A DNA stretch of 64,000 nt, taken from NCBI GenBank assembly GCA_963677435.1, contig OY781945.1, positions 2,368,001 to 2,432,000 on the forward strand, in the 5' to 3' direction. Origin of the DNA: an uncultured Aliarcobacter sp. GTDB taxonomy: Bacteria > Campylobacterota > Campylobacteria > Campylobacterales > Arcobacteraceae. Below the pieces are notes generated by a model. That model was given only the letters and a program-made list of their open reading frames with translations, searched no databases and was not told where the DNA came from. Below, one piece after another: positions 28,788 through 40,734 of the stretch. Both the position numbers and the translations under genes were made by a program. Numbering within the stretch: the first letter of the stretch is position 1; each line of letters opens with the position of its first letter.

Positions 28788-31076
28788 CTAGACTAAATCC
28801 AACAACTTCTCATACTTAAACTCATTTATAAAGTTTTTAATATATATTTCTAAATCAGAAGATACCTGATAATCTTTTAAAAGTTTAAAAACACCTTCAT
28901 TATCCATTAACAGGGCTTTTACCTTTAATTTTTCAAAAAACTCTTTTGGAAGATTTTTTAACTCTTTTGACAAATCAATTTCTTCATCTAGTTTTTCATT
29001 ATATTCAAGTTCAATTTTCAAATATTTTTCTAAAACTATCAAAATATCTTTTTCTTCAACAGGTTTTGGTAAAAAATCATTCGCACCTGCATTTAAAGCT
29101 TGTTTTTTATCCTCTTCAAAAACATTTGCGGTAAGTGCAATAATTGGAATATTTGAATTTTTTTCTTTTTTTCTGATAATTTGAATAGTTTGTAAACCAT
29201 CTAAATCTTCCATCAAAATATCCATAAAAATCAAATCGATTTTTTTATTTTGATTATCAAAGAGTTCTAAAGCTTCATTTCCACTTATTGCTTCTAAAGT
29301 TTTAAATCCATAAGAAGATAAAATTTGCACTATTAAATCCCTATTCTCTTTTATATCATCAACAACTAAAATTGTTTTATCATTTTGTTGATTTTTTACT
29401 CCTATTATCTCTTTTATTTGTGTTTTGATATTTATTTCATCAATATTTGCTTTTTTAAAATTTATACTAAAATAGAATTCACTTCCAAATTGTAGTTTAC
29501 TTTTTACATAAATTGTTCCACCCATAAGTGTGATTAACTCTTTTGTAATTGCTAAACCTAAACCTGTTCCTTGTTGGGTGTAATTATCCAGTTTTACTTG
29601 TTCAAAGGGTTTAAAAATTTTCTCTTGATTTTTTATATCAATTCCAATTCCCGTATCTTTTACTTCAAAAAAGAGCATGTTATTTAAAGTATAAATATTT
29701 AAATTTATTTCTCCCTCATTTGTAAACTTTAAAGAGTTTCCTAAAAGATTAATAAGAATTTGTCTCAGCCTTTGTTCATCTGCTTTTATGAAATTAGGTA
29801 AATCATTTGATAAATTTATATTGAATCTTAGATTTTTCCCCTCACATCTAAAAGCAAAAATATCTTCTATCTCTTTTATTAATTCAAAAAAATCGAAGTT
29901 TTTTGGGTAAATCTCTATTTTTCCAGCTTCAATTTTTGATAACTCTAAAATTTCATTTATGATATTTAAAAGATGTTCCCCACTTTTTTTGATGATATTT
30001 AAATTTTCTTTTTCCAAAGTTGTGGCATTCATTGATTTTCTTAAGATATTTGTAAATCCTAAAATAGCATTTAGTGGAGTTCTTAATTCATGACTCATTC
30101 GTGCAAGAAAAATTGATTTTGCTTGATTTGCACTTTTTGCATCTTCCATTGCTTGTTTTAATTGTTGTTCCCCAGTTACGAGTTTTTCAGTATTTTGTTT
30201 AAAAATTTCAACTGCTCCTATCATATCCCCTACTTCATCATCATATTTATTTTTTTCAATTTCAACACTCATATCATTTTGTGAGAGTTTTAACATTACT
30301 CTTCGTAATAAATCTATTGGATAAACGATTCTAAATAAAATGATAAAAAATGACATCAAAAATAAAATAATTGAGATTAAAACAATCACATTTACTGAAA
30401 ATTCTACTTCTTTTAGACTCTGTTTTGTTTCAATAATTTTTTGTTTTGTTCTATTTTCAAAAGCTTTATAAAATCTATCAAGGGGTTCCATAATTCTTAT
30501 TTTTGCAAGGTGATAAGCATCTGAGTGCATGAGTTCTCTTGCAAGGGCAAAATTTGGTTCACCTTTGATTGTGTAGTTTCCCTCTTTATCTAGGAATTTA
30601 CCTTTTATTGCATTTATGGCTTTGTGTTCAAGATTTGTTAATTCATCTGATTCATTCTGAGAAGTAAAAAGTAAATTCAACTCTGATTCTGGGAAATTTG
30701 CTTGAATCATAAGTTCTCGAAGAGGTATCTTTTGCCCATCAAGGATAGGTTTAGTATCATTTAAAGTATAAAAATCCCAAAAAATCCCATTATATCTTTT
30801 TGGTCTTGGTAATTCTCCATTTCTTATTCCTAAAACTGTTTTGTACTGTTCTTCAAACATAGGATTTCCAGTTATTACATAAGTTCTGGCCATTCTAGTT
30901 AAATCATCACTACTTTGTCGTAATTCATCTGCAAGAATGAGTGATTTATACTGCATTTTATAAGCATCTTCAAGTTTTATTGTTGCTTTTTGATATTTAT
31001 TTATTACAAGTGCAACACTTATAAATGAAAATGTGTTTAAAATAAACAATAACATGAAAAGGCTTTTTAATTTCAA
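28788..31076 (-). CDS. Membrane hybrid sensor histidine kinase (sensor-HAMP-HisKA-HATPase-REC)
   Basis: [49 protein letters not shown]. Confidence 0.93.
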   Translation of the reverse strand: MKLKSLFMLLFILNTFSFISVALVINKYQKATIKLEDAYKMQYKSLILADELRQSSDDLTRMARTYVITGNPMFEEQYKTVLGIRNGELPRPKRYNGIFWDFYTLNDTKPILDGQKIPLRELMIQANFPESELNLLFTSQNESDELTNLEHKAINAIKGKFLDKEGNYTIKGEPNFALARELMHSDAYHLAKIRIMEPLDRFYKAFENRTKQKIIETKQSLKEVEFSVNVIVLISIILFLMSFFIILFRIVYPIDLLRRVMLKLSQNDMSVEIEKNKYDDEVGDMIGAVEIFKQNTEKLVTGEQQLKQAMEDAKSANQAKSIFLARMSHELRTPLNAILGFTNILRKSMNATTLEKENLNIIKKSGEHLLNIINEILELSKIEAGKIEIYPKNFDFFELIKEIEDIFAFRCEGKNLRFNINLSNDLPNFIKADEQRLRQILINLLGNSLKFTNEGEINLNIYTLNNMLFFEVKDTGIGIDIKNQEKIFKPFEQVKLDNYTQQGTGLGLAITKELITLMGGTIYVKSKLQFGSEFYFSINFKKANIDEINIKTQIKEIIGVKNQQNDKTILVVDDIKENRDLIVQILSSYGFKTLEAISGNEALELFDNQNKKIDLIFMDILMEDLDGLQTIQIIRKKEKNSNIPIIALTANVFEEDKKQALNAGANDFLPKPVEEKDILIVLEKYLKIELEYNEKLDEEIDLSKELKNLPKEFFEKLKVKALLMDNEGVFKLLKDYQVSSDLEIYIKNFINEFKYEKLLDLV

Positions 31077-31151
31077 GGAAAATCCTAAATCTCTTTTTAT
31101 CTGTTTTTACCTATAATCTTAACAAACTACAATAGACAAAAGAATAACTAC

Positions 31152-32213
31152 ATGGATAAAAAATATACAATATTAATAATAGATGACAAAACAGAGAATC
31201 TTCACTACTTAAATACTCTTTTAAATGAAAAAGAAGAGTATCAAGTAAGAGCTACAACAGATTCAAATTTTGCAATAAATTCATCTAAACTTAATCCGCC
31301 AAACTTAATACTTTTGGATATAAAAATGCCAAATCTTGATGGTTTTGAGGTTTGCAAACTTTTAAAAAAAGAAGAGAACTTAAAAGATATTCCTATTATT
31401 TTTATTAGCGCTTTGGATGATGTACAAAGTAAAGTAAAAGCCTTTGAAGAAGGTGGAGTTGATTATATAACTAAGCCTTTTGAAAAGGAGGAAGTTCTTG
31501 CTCGAATCAAAACTCAACTAAATATCTTTGAGAGTAAAAAAACCATTTCAAACCTTCTGGAGCAACAAGATTTTTTCTTAAAAAAAATCATCCATGAAAT
31601 GAATACACCACTTAGTATCATAAATTTAAATATTGATAATCTTGAATCAAACATGGGATATAAAGAAGAATTTGAAACGATAAAGGCTTCTGCAAAATCT
31701 CTATCTTCAATCTACAATGATTTATATTATCTAAGTAAAAAAGAAAAAAGAGTTTCTGAACTAACAAATATAAATTTAGTAAGATTCTTATCTTCAAGAT
31801 TGGCTTTTTTTGATGAAATGGCAAATGTAAAAAATATTGATATAAGCTTAGATATTCATGAAGAGTTTGATATTTATATGGATTCTTATGAGTTAGAAAG
31901 AGTTATTGATAACACCCTTTCAAATGCTATAAAATACTCTTTTGAAGATTCAAATATAGATATTATTTTAGAAAAAAAAGAAGATATTTATAGACTTGAA
32001 ATAAAAAATGAAGGAATAGAAATTGCTGATACAAAGGCAATTTTCAATGCCTATTATCAACAAAAGAATAAAAATATAGGTTTTGGATTAGGTTTGAGTA
32101 TTGTAAAAGAAATTTGTGATAAATATGAAATAGAAATCCGTGTAAGTTCTCTAGACAATCAAACATCTTTTACTTATATTTTTCCAGAAACTCTAATTTG
32201 CAAGGAAAATTGA
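31152..32213 (+). CDS. Cytoplasmic REC-histidine kinase hybrid
   Basis: ILIIDD..LLDIKMP..KPF receiver, then HEMNTPL, NAIKYS, GFGLGL. Confidence 0.9.
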   Translation: MDKKYTILIIDDKTENLHYLNTLLNEKEEYQVRATTDSNFAINSSKLNPPNLILLDIKMPNLDGFEVCKLLKKEENLKDIPIIFISALDDVQSKVKAFEEGGVDYITKPFEKEEVLARIKTQLNIFESKKTISNLLEQQDFFLKKIIHEMNTPLSIINLNIDNLESNMGYKEEFETIKASAKSLSSIYNDLYYLSKKEKRVSELTNINLVRFLSSRLAFFDEMANVKNIDISLDIHEEFDIYMDSYELERVIDNTLSNAIKYSFEDSNIDIILEKKEDIYRLEIKNEGIEIADTKAIFNAYYQQKNKNIGFGLGLSIVKEICDKYEIEIRVSSLDNQTSFTYIFPETLICKEN

Positions 32214-32875
32214 TGAAAATATTTTTACTAGAAGATGATTTTGCTTTAAATAAAATCATAAAACTATCTTTGCAAAATAGAGGTTTTTTTGTGGATAGTT
32301 TTACCGATGGTTATAAGGCTGTTGATGCCATATTAAATAGCAAACATGATTTATATATTTTGGATTTAAATGTTTTGGGATTTGATGGACATAAGGTTTT
32401 AGAGTTTATTAGAAAAGATGATTTAAATGTTCCTATTATAATGATTAGTGCTGAAATTGATATTGAAAATATAAAAAAATCTTACACTTTAGGATGTAAT
32501 GATTACATAAAAAAACCTTTTGATTTTGAAGAGTTATTTTTGAGAATTCAATACCATTTAAGTCATATAAAAAAAGATGAAAATAGTGATTTTTTAATAG
32601 ATTTAGGTTATGACTTTTCCTTTAATCTACTTGAGCAAACTTTACATAAATCAAAACATGAAATAGAACTAACAAGTAAAGAAAAACTGCTTTTAAGTTT
32701 GCTCGTAAAAAATATAAATAACACTGTTACAAATGAGATGATTCACGAATATGTTTGGGATAGTAAAGAAATGGAAGCTGTAAGCATGAGAACCATAGTT
32801 CATAAACTAAAGAAAAAACTAAAAAATGGAATGATTATAAACCAAAGAGCTGTTGGTTATAAACTTATCAAATAG
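32213..32875 (+). CDS. OmpR-family response regulator
   Basis: LLEDD, ILDLN, KPF, winged-helix C-terminus; ATG overlaps previous TGA. Confidence 0.9.
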   Translation: MKIFLLEDDFALNKIIKLSLQNRGFFVDSFTDGYKAVDAILNSKHDLYILDLNVLGFDGHKVLEFIRKDDLNVPIIMISAEIDIENIKKSYTLGCNDYIKKPFDFEELFLRIQYHLSHIKKDENSDFLIDLGYDFSFNLLEQTLHKSKHEIELTSKEKLLLSLLVKNINNTVTNEMIHEYVWDSKEMEAVSMRTIVHKLKKKLKNGMIINQRAVGYKLIK

Positions 32876-32974
32876 CAAGAGATACTAAACTTAAAAAAAT
32901 TATTTAAGCAACTATTTAGTAGATAAGATATATAAATTAGCTTAAATTTTAAATATTACACCTAAGGCTTTTAA

Positions 32975-33733
32975 ATGGATTTAACCGTAATTATAGGTAT
33001 GTTAGGGGCAATAGCATCAATTTCAATTGGTGATTTAATGGAAGGTGGAAATCCTATTCATATTATTCACTTAACATCGATACTTATTGTTATACCAACT
33101 GCAATGTTTGCAGCTGCTACTGCTACAGATTCAAAAGCTCTTTCTGCTGCTTTTAAAGAGTTAAAAATAGTTTTTAAAAAATCACCTGTTGATTTTGAAG
33201 ATCGAATTGATGAACTTGTTAGTTATGCAATTACAGTTAAAAAACATGGTGTATTAGCTTTAGAAAAAGAGCTTCAAACAATAGAAGATGAATTTTTAAA
33301 AGAAGCATTAAGTATGGTTGTAGATGGCTCAAAAGAGGAACAAATAGAAGAATCTTTAGATGCAATCATTGAAGAGACTGAACATTATTATCACAGTGCA
33401 TCACATTATTGGTTATTAGCTGGAGAAACTTGCCCTGTTATGGGATTGGTTGGTGCAGTACTTGGATTGATTCTTGCTTTACAAAAGCTAGATAATCCAG
33501 CTGAAATGGCAGCTGGAATAGCAGGAGCATTTACAGCAACAGTAACAGGAATTTCAGGAGCATACTTATTTTTAGGACCTTGGGGAAATAAAATGAAAGC
33601 AAAAGCTCACATTTTAATAAAAGAAAAATTAATTATATTAGCTGCTACAAAAGGTATGGCAAGGGGCGATGCACCAGGAGAGTTAAAATTAAAATTAACT
33701 AAGATGATAACTGCAATGCCGACAAAAGCTTAA
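32975..33733 (+). CDS. motA: Flagellar motor stator protein MotA
   Basis: GVLALE, GETCPVMGLVGAVLGL, AGAFTATVTG. Confidence 0.92.
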   Translation: MDLTVIIGMLGAIASISIGDLMEGGNPIHIIHLTSILIVIPTAMFAAATATDSKALSAAFKELKIVFKKSPVDFEDRIDELVSYAITVKKHGVLALEKELQTIEDEFLKEALSMVVDGSKEEQIEESLDAIIEETEHYYHSASHYWLLAGETCPVMGLVGAVLGLILALQKLDNPAEMAAGIAGAFTATVTGISGAYLFLGPWGNKMKAKAHILIKEKLIILAATKGMARGDAPGELKLKLTKMITAMPTKA

Positions 33734-33735
33734 TT

Positions 33736-34479
33736 ATGGCTAGAAAACGATCAAAATGTGAATGCCCAGCTGGAGAAAAATGGGCTGTTCCTTATGCAGA
33801 CTTTCTTAGTTTGTTATTAGCTTTATTTATTGCACTTTATGCTTTAGCCTCTGTAAATGTAGAAAAACAAAAAGCATTAAAAGAAGAATTTATGAAAATT
33901 TATGGATTTAATCCTGCTGCTGACACTATGAAAGAACAAGAACAAACAGAGAAATCAATGACTGATAAACAAACAGATGGTGATGTAGAATCTAAAAAAA
34001 CATCTGATGCAAATGCTCTTGCTTCTTTAGATAATTTAGAAAATAAAAATGCTCAAGGCGGAGATTTAGTTGAGAGAAAAGTTGGAACAACTATGTCAAT
34101 CCCTCCCCAATTAGTATTTGAAAGTGGTAAAGCAGAACTTACAAGTCAATATGCACCTGAATTTTTAAGTAGATTAGCAAAAATAATCTCTTCAATGCCA
34201 AGAGATACACAAATCAATGTAAAGGGTTTTGCTGATAATGAAGAAGTAAAAGGAACTAAATATCAAGATGCTTTAGAATTATCAACACAAAGAGCAAATA
34301 ATGTAGTTAGAGATTTGATTAAATATAATATAGCAAGTGATAGAATTTATTCAACAGGATATGGTTCTACAAAAGCATATCAAATGAGAGAAAAAAAAGT
34401 TGTTGAATTTGAATTTACAAGTCAAAATCCTATTCAACAAAATGAAGTGGATCAATCAGTATTCGATAATGAAAAGTAA
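33736..34479 (+). CDS. motB: Flagellar motor stator protein MotB
   Basis: WAVPYADFLSLLLALFIALYA; OmpA-like ELSTQRA. Confidence 0.92.
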   Translation: MARKRSKCECPAGEKWAVPYADFLSLLLALFIALYALASVNVEKQKALKEEFMKIYGFNPAADTMKEQEQTEKSMTDKQTDGDVESKKTSDANALASLDNLENKNAQGGDLVERKVGTTMSIPPQLVFESGKAELTSQYAPEFLSRLAKIISSMPRDTQINVKGFADNEEVKGTKYQDALELSTQRANNVVRDLIKYNIASDRIYSTGYGSTKAYQMREKKVVEFEFTSQNPIQQNEVDQSVFDNEK

Positions 34480-34870
34480 TAAAAAAAGAGTTTTATGGTC
34501 AATTTCAAATTGTTGCCTAAAAAAAGTAATTGATTTAGATATTATAACGAAATATGGTTCTATAACAACTATTTCAATTATTCTTTTATCTCAAATAGTA
34601 AATATTATAGAAGGTAATAATATTAGAATGTCTCTTTTTTCTATGTTTATAAATATCTTTTTTTTAGTAGTAATTCTTAATAAATTAGAAATCTTAAAAC
34701 TTATAATTTTTCAAGAACAAATGAATAGTATACTTAAACTTATTATTTTTATTTTTATGTTAAATTTCTTTGCATATTTAATTTCAGATGTGCCAATTCA
34801 TAACTATTTTTTTGCACCAGTGAGTTTTTTGGGTACTTATTTTATTTTTGTTTTATTAAAAACTAAATAA
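34469..34870 (+). CDS. Hypothetical membrane protein
   Basis: About 4 hydrophobic segments; likely ATG at 34469 overlapping motB end. Confidence 0.55.
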   Translation: MKSNKKRVLWSISNCCLKKVIDLDIITKYGSITTISIILLSQIVNIIEGNNIRMSLFSMFINIFFLVVILNKLEILKLIIFQEQMNSILKLIIFIFMLNFFAYLISDVPIHNYFFAPVSFLGTYFIFVLLKTK

Positions 34871-34875
34871 AAAAT

Positions 34876-35133
34876 TCATCCACCTAATTTTTTACCTACT
34901 TCTTTTAGTGCTTTTATTCTTTCTTCTCTTTTATCCAAAGAATCATTTATTTTTTTGATTTTTTCATCGGTGAGTTCTTCTGATGATTTTTTATAATTCT
35001 TAAGAGAATCATCATTTTTAAAATCATCAAAGTTAAAATTTATAATATTAGCAAAAAATAAAGCCATTAAAATCAAGACTAAACTAACTAGAACTATTAA
35101 CAATTTTATTAAAATATTGAAATAATTGTTCAT
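34876..35133 (-). CDS. Hypothetical single-TM small protein
   Basis: N-terminal hydrophobic helix, charged tail, AAGG RBS. Confidence 0.6.
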   Translation of the reverse strand: MNNYFNILIKLLIVLVSLVLILMALFFANIINFNFDDFKNDDSLKNYKKSSEELTDEKIKKINDSLDKREERIKALKEVGKKLGG

Positions 35134-35156
35134 TAGTTTACCTTGAAATTAACTAT

Positions 35157-35852
35157 TTATTTAATACTTCCTAATTTGTGAATATTTGAAAGGGAAATTA
35201 AATGAGCTGTGATTAATGCATAAGCATTTTTTGAACAAATATCATCTTTTTTCTTTTTACTTAAGTGTTTTAATTTCTCTTCATTTACGATAAAAAATCC
35301 ATTTAAACTAAATTTTTCATTTTTACTATTAACAACATTAGCAACTTTTTCTTCTAATAATTCCCACTCATCTAATTGTTTAATAAACTCCGTAGTTGAT
35401 AAAGAATCAGCATAATATTGATTTAAAAATTTCAAAACATTATTTAAGTATTCACTATTATTACCATCTTCATCAAATAGTTTTGTTGAAGATGCTTTTT
35501 CATTTAAATATGAACTCTCAACTGTTAAAAGTAACTCTTTTGAAGACTCTTTGTTTGATAAAATAAAAGGATAACTTCTAATAAATGCAGGAATATAATG
35601 CAACTCTTTCCAAGCACCTTTTTCATCTACAAATAGATTTTCATTCTCTTTGTAACCTAAAAGAACTGAAGAAAACCACTTGCCATCTTTATCTTTTGCA
35701 AAAAATATAGGATAATTTTTACAAGCTTCAAAAAATTCTGATAATGCAACAGGTGCATTTATTAGTTCTTTTGAATAAAGAAAATCTGTAACTTCAGATA
35801 CACTTTTATTTTTATGTTCGATTTTATTTAATATTTCTAGCTTTTTATGCAC
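35157..35852 (-). CDS. SapC family protein
   Basis: EFFEACKNYPIFF, LLG..ENLFV, YIPAFIRSYPF, AHLISLSN. Confidence 0.85.
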   Translation of the reverse strand: MHKKLEILNKIEHKNKSVSEVTDFLYSKELINAPVALSEFFEACKNYPIFFAKDKDGKWFSSVLLGYKENENLFVDEKGAWKELHYIPAFIRSYPFILSNKESSKELLLTVESSYLNEKASSTKLFDEDGNNSEYLNNVLKFLNQYYADSLSTTEFIKQLDEWELLEEKVANVVNSKNEKFSLNGFFIVNEEKLKHLSKKKKDDICSKNAYALITAHLISLSNIHKLGSIK

Positions 35853-35928
35853 ATTTTACCTTTTTTTATTTTATTTCTATTCTATCAAATTATTATAAAA
35901 ATAATTAAAAGTATTTATATAAATTTGA

Positions 35929-35950
35929 GGGAAAGCTTAAAAGCTTTCCC
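35929..35950 (-). terminator. Hairpin overlapping MCP stop codon
   Basis: GGGAAAGCTT-aa-AAGCTTTCCC; one arm encodes W-E-S-F. Confidence 0.6.
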
Positions 35951-38342
35951 ACTCATTATCATTTGAAGTTTGAGGTTTTATCTCATGTTTTTTTGTTGTA
36001 GTTTTTGAAATTGGCGATTTTTCTCTTTTTATATCTTGTTTTATCTCTTTTTGATGTCTATTAGTTTTTACATCTTTTGCTTTTACTTCATTTTTTCCTA
36101 CAAACTCTTTTGCATTTGCATCACTTACTATTAGTTTTGCTATTTCATCTGTCAACACTGCCACATCATGTGTTTGTGATGCTACTGCTGCATTTTGTTG
36201 TGTTTGTTGATCTAATTGATTTACTGCATCATTAATTTGTTCTATTCCTGTTAATTGCTCTTTACTTGACATCTCAATATCAGAAATTAGATTTATTGTT
36301 TGTTGAATATTTTGATTTAACTCTTTATATCCACTTATCATATTATTAGCTATATCTTTCCCTTGATTCGCTTTTTTTGTTGCATTTTCAACTATTGTTT
36401 TTATCTCTTTCGCTGCTTCTGCTGAACGAGAAGCTAAGTTTCTCACTTCTGCTGCAACTACTGCAAATCCTTTCCCTGCTTCTCCAGCAGTTGCTGCTTC
36501 TACGGCTGCATTTAGTGAAAGAATATTTGTTTGGAAAGCAATTTGATCAATAACTGTAATTGAATCATTTATTAGATTTACTTGTGTATTTATCTCATCC
36601 ATTGATTGAGTTGTTTGATTTGCAAGTCTTTCACCCTCTGAGGCTGAAGCTGTTACTCCATTTGAAAATGTCGCCATTTTTGCTATATTTTGTGTGTTAT
36701 TTCTGATATTTGATGTTATCTCTTCAATTGCTGCTGCTGTTTCTTCTAAAGATGCTGCTGCTTCATTTGAACTAACATTTAGCTTATCTACATTTGCTAA
36801 AAGTATATTTGAACTTTCATCTAATGTTAATCCATTTGTTTTATTCTCTATTAACATTTGGGTAATAATATCCGCTAGATTATTTATCCCAATAGCAATA
36901 GTACCTTTGTCATCAATTCTTCCTATAAAATCAAGTTTTGCAAAATTATCTAATACATGTGTAACTTTATTTATATCTTCACCAACACTATTTTTTGTTG
37001 TCTCTAACATTTCATTAAATGTATTTTTCAACTCTTCAAGATTTGTATTATCTGTGCTTTTTTCTATTCTTTTATCAAATTTTCCATTTTTCACTTCATT
37101 TACAACTCTTTTTACATCTTCTATTAGATTATTATCTTGAATTATTAAATTTTCTGTTTTTTTGATATTTTCATTTATCATTTTTGACATATCACCAAAT
37201 TCATCAGAAGAATTAATATTTATAAGTTGTGCATTTTTATTTTCTTTATTTAAATAAGAGAAAAAATTCAATAAACCATCTCTCATAGTAGTCAAATTTT
37301 TATTTAAAATTTTCATACTATAAACTAATACAAGAATAATTATTAACAATACGATTAAACCACAACCAATAGAAAAGTTTTGAATAAATGTTGCTTTTTC
37401 TAAATATTCATTTTCAGGAACAGTTGCTATAAAAGACCAATATGTTTTTGTTTCACCAAATTCAAAAGGATATGAATAAGAGTATGAACTTTCACCATTT
37501 CTTAAATTTTTACCAATATAAGAATAAGATTCACCTTTTTTATTTATTTCCAAAGATTTTAAAATATTTTCATCCTTTGTAATATCTTTTATACTTTTCC
37601 CTAAATTCTCTTTGTTTGGATGGCTTATTATTTTCCCATAAGAATCAATAATAGTTCCATAACCTGATTTGAATAATTTGATTTCATTAGTTTTTTTGTT
37701 AAAGTAATCAAGTGAAAAATCCACTCCAACTGCTCCAATAAACTTACCTTTATAATAAACAGGAGAAGAAACTGTTGTCATAAGAATAGTTTTTCCATCA
37801 ACATCATAATTGTAAGGTTGCGTTATTGAAATACCTTTATTTTTGTATGGAAGATTTATCCATTCTGATTCTAAAGTAAAGGCTGAGGCTGGTTGAATTG
37901 TAAAAGTTCCATCTGTATTTCTTACTACATAGGGCTGAAAATTACCCACTTTTGTATAATAATTAGGATTACCTGTACCATCATTTTTTTCATAAAGATT
38001 AGTTCCATCTTCAAAAGTAAACCAAGCACCTAAAATAAATTTATTTTCTTCAAGAAGAGATTTAAAGTATTTTATTGTTCCTTCTTTTGAAAGTTTTTCA
38101 TCATGTTCAATTGCACTTGTATATCTATTTGAAATAGAATTTGAAATTACAATTGCTTTATCTAAAGTATTTCTTATTTCTAAAGAATTTTTTTGTGCTA
38201 ATTCATTTATATAACTTTGCGCATCATCTCTTGAATTTGTATAAGAATATGAAGAAATGATATATATCATTAAACTCAGAGAAACTACACTTGTAGAAAC
38301 TAAAATTAACAATAATTTAGTTCCAAAATTAAATCTTTTCAT
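35937..38342 (-). CDS. Methyl-accepting chemotaxis protein with dCache-type sensor
   Basis: [23 protein letters not shown] Cache motifs; MCP signalling tip; C-terminal EWESF. Confidence 0.93.
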   Translation of the reverse strand: MKRFNFGTKLLLILVSTSVVSLSLMIYIISSYSYTNSRDDAQSYINELAQKNSLEIRNTLDKAIVISNSISNRYTSAIEHDEKLSKEGTIKYFKSLLEENKFILGAWFTFEDGTNLYEKNDGTGNPNYYTKVGNFQPYVVRNTDGTFTIQPASAFTLESEWINLPYKNKGISITQPYNYDVDGKTILMTTVSSPVYYKGKFIGAVGVDFSLDYFNKKTNEIKLFKSGYGTIIDSYGKIISHPNKENLGKSIKDITKDENILKSLEINKKGESYSYIGKNLRNGESSYSYSYPFEFGETKTYWSFIATVPENEYLEKATFIQNFSIGCGLIVLLIIILVLVYSMKILNKNLTTMRDGLLNFFSYLNKENKNAQLININSSDEFGDMSKMINENIKKTENLIIQDNNLIEDVKRVVNEVKNGKFDKRIEKSTDNTNLEELKNTFNEMLETTKNSVGEDINKVTHVLDNFAKLDFIGRIDDKGTIAIGINNLADIITQMLIENKTNGLTLDESSNILLANVDKLNVSSNEAAASLEETAAAIEEITSNIRNNTQNIAKMATFSNGVTASASEGERLANQTTQSMDEINTQVNLINDSITVIDQIAFQTNILSLNAAVEAATAGEAGKGFAVVAAEVRNLASRSAEAAKEIKTIVENATKKANQGKDIANNMISGYKELNQNIQQTINLISDIEMSSKEQLTGIEQINDAVNQLDQQTQQNAAVASQTHDVAVLTDEIAKLIVSDANAKEFVGKNEVKAKDVKTNRHQKEIKQDIKREKSPISKTTTKKHEIKPQTSNDNEWESF

Positions 38343-38480
38343 TAATTACCCCTTTTTATCTTATAAATATTTTTAAATTTCCTAATAGTATCATTTTATT
38401 TAAATAAATCACTTTTTAAATATATAATTTTTAAACAGGTGTAAAGATTATTCTATAGTTGCATTTTATTTAAATATAAA

Positions 38481-38503
38481 GGAGAAAGCTTAAAAGCTTT
38501 CCC
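38481..38503 (-). terminator. Hairpin overlapping MCP stop codon
   Basis: GGAGAAAGCTTAAAAGCTTTCCC, then T-rich sequence on minus strand. Confidence 0.55.
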
Positions 38504-40496
38504 ACTCATTATCATTTGAAGTTTGAGATTTTATCTCTTTTTTATGGCTTGAAATTTTTGAAATTGGCGATTTTTCTCTTTTTATCTCTCTTTGATGCTT
38601 ATTTGTTTTTACATCTTTTGCTTTTACATCATTTTTTCCTGCAAACTCTTTTGCATTTGCATCACTTACTATTAGTTTTGCTATTTCATCTGTTAGTACT
38701 GCTACATCATGTGTTTGTGATGCTACCATAGCATTTTGTTGTGTTTGTTGATCTAATTGATTTACAGCATCATTAATTTGTTCAATTCCTAGTAACTGCT
38801 CTTTTGACGCATTTTGTATATCTTGAATTAGATTTATAGTATGAGTGATATTTCCATTTAATTGTTTATATCCTTCTATCATATTTCCAGCTATTTTTTT
38901 ACCATCATTTGCTTTTACTGTTGCTGTTTCTACGATTGATTTAATCTCTTTCGCGGCTTCTGCTGACCTTGAAGCTAGGTTTCTCACTTCTGATGCAACT
39001 ACTGCGAATCCTTTCCCTGCTTCTCCTGCAGTTGCTGCTTCTACGGCTGCATTTAAAGAAAGAATATTTGTTTGGAATGCTATTTGGTCAATTACTGTTA
39101 TTGCTTCATTTATCAAGTTTACTTGATTATTTATTTCATCCATTGAAATCGTTGTTTGATTTGCCAGTTTTTCACCTTGATTTGCTGAAGCGGTTACTTC
39201 ATTTGAAAGAATTGCCATTTTTGAAATATTCTCTGTATTATTTCTAATATTTGAAGTGATTTCTTCTATTGCTGCTGCTGTCTCTTCTAAAGATGCTGCT
39301 GCTTCATTTGAACTCATATTTAATTTATCTACATTTGCAAGTAAAATATTTGAGCTTTCATCTAATGTTAGACCATTTGTTTTACTTTCTACTAACATTT
39401 GTGTCAATGTTTGTTGTAAAGTATTTAAACCATTTACCAAAGTTTCAAATACTCCACCTCGCTCATCATCTTTTTCCATTTTTAGAACAGGTCTAAAATC
39501 ATTTTTTGAATAAAAATTTAAAACATCATTTACATGGATAAATCTTTTTCTTGTATTTTCAATCATATTATTTACATTATTTTTAAACTCTTCCAACGAA
39601 GTATTCGCTGTTGATTTTTCTATAAATTGCGAATACCAACCATTATTTACTCTTGCCATTACCACTTTTGCATCATCAATTAAAAGATTATCATCTTCTA
39701 TTAATTTTTTTGTTTTTACAATATTTTCATTTATTACTCTTGCCATTTCCCCAAATTCATCTTTTGATTTAATATCTAAAAGAGTAACATCAAATTTTTC
39801 TTTATTTAAAAAAGAAAAGAAGTTTAATAATTCTGTTTTAACGATATTTAGTTTTCCAGTTATATCTAAAATAATCATGTAAGATAAAAGTAAAATGATT
39901 ATAAATGAAGCAATTATTGTAACAATAATTATAGTTTTACTTGTTGCATAGATATTTTCAGCTTTTTGAGTCTCTTCTTTTGCAACATCTAATTGAAGCG
40001 TAATTAAAGCAGAAATTTTTTCACCAATGGGATCAATTTTAGGATAAAGTTCATCAATAGTAATTTTTGCTATTAATTCTAAATTTTTATCTTTACATGC
40101 TTGTTTGATTTTTTTTACTACATTATCACCATCTACCATTAAATCTTTTATTTGATTAGATAATTCTTTTTCATCTTTTGTTAAAGAAGTAGCAAGATAT
40201 TTATTCCAATTAAGATTAATATTATCCTGTGCATTATTCATATTCGAGAGGCATGTATCAAAATTAAAATTACCATTTCTTGTTTTATGTGTTGTATCTA
40301 CAACATTTACAGCATATTCATCAGCAATAATTTTTAGCTGTTCTAAAGGAACTACTCTATCATTATAAACTCTTTCTAATCCTGCATTTACTTCTTTTAA
40401 CTGAACTATTCCTAAACTTCCTAAAATAATTATTCCTATTAAAGCAATAAACGAAAGTAGTGAAAGTTTTGATTTTGTTTTTAGATTCTGTAGCAT
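38490..40496 (-). CDS. Methyl-accepting chemotaxis protein with four-helix-bundle sensor
   Basis: [25 protein letters not shown] (4HB_MCP-like); MCP tip; C-terminal EWESF. Confidence 0.93.
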   Translation of the reverse strand: MLQNLKTKSKLSLLSFIALIGIIILGSLGIVQLKEVNAGLERVYNDRVVPLEQLKIIADEYAVNVVDTTHKTRNGNFNFDTCLSNMNNAQDNINLNWNKYLATSLTKDEKELSNQIKDLMVDGDNVVKKIKQACKDKNLELIAKITIDELYPKIDPIGEKISALITLQLDVAKEETQKAENIYATSKTIIIVTIIASFIIILLLSYMIILDITGKLNIVKTELLNFFSFLNKEKFDVTLLDIKSKDEFGEMARVINENIVKTKKLIEDDNLLIDDAKVVMARVNNGWYSQFIEKSTANTSLEEFKNNVNNMIENTRKRFIHVNDVLNFYSKNDFRPVLKMEKDDERGGVFETLVNGLNTLQQTLTQMLVESKTNGLTLDESSNILLANVDKLNMSSNEAAASLEETAAAIEEITSNIRNNTENISKMAILSNEVTASANQGEKLANQTTISMDEINNQVNLINEAITVIDQIAFQTNILSLNAAVEAATAGEAGKGFAVVASEVRNLASRSAEAAKEIKSIVETATVKANDGKKIAGNMIEGYKQLNGNITHTINLIQDIQNASKEQLLGIEQINDAVNQLDQQTQQNAMVASQTHDVAVLTDEIAKLIVSDANAKEFAGKNDVKAKDVKTNKHQREIKREKSPISKISSHKKEIKSQTSNDNEWESF

Positions 40497-40734
40497 ATCT
40501 ACTCCTAAATATTTGTTATTTATTTATATAATTATAATAAAAAATAGTATCAAAATAATATCTTTTTAAAAACTAGAAATTAATAACGAACTTTATTTCA
40601 AATAAAAATAATCAAAGTATATATTATTGCTAAATAATTATTCTTTTGATAATTTAACATATTTACAATACAAGTTAATAATAAAATTAGATAAAATTAC
40701 TCTTATTTAAAATTAACTCAAATAAAGGAATAAT

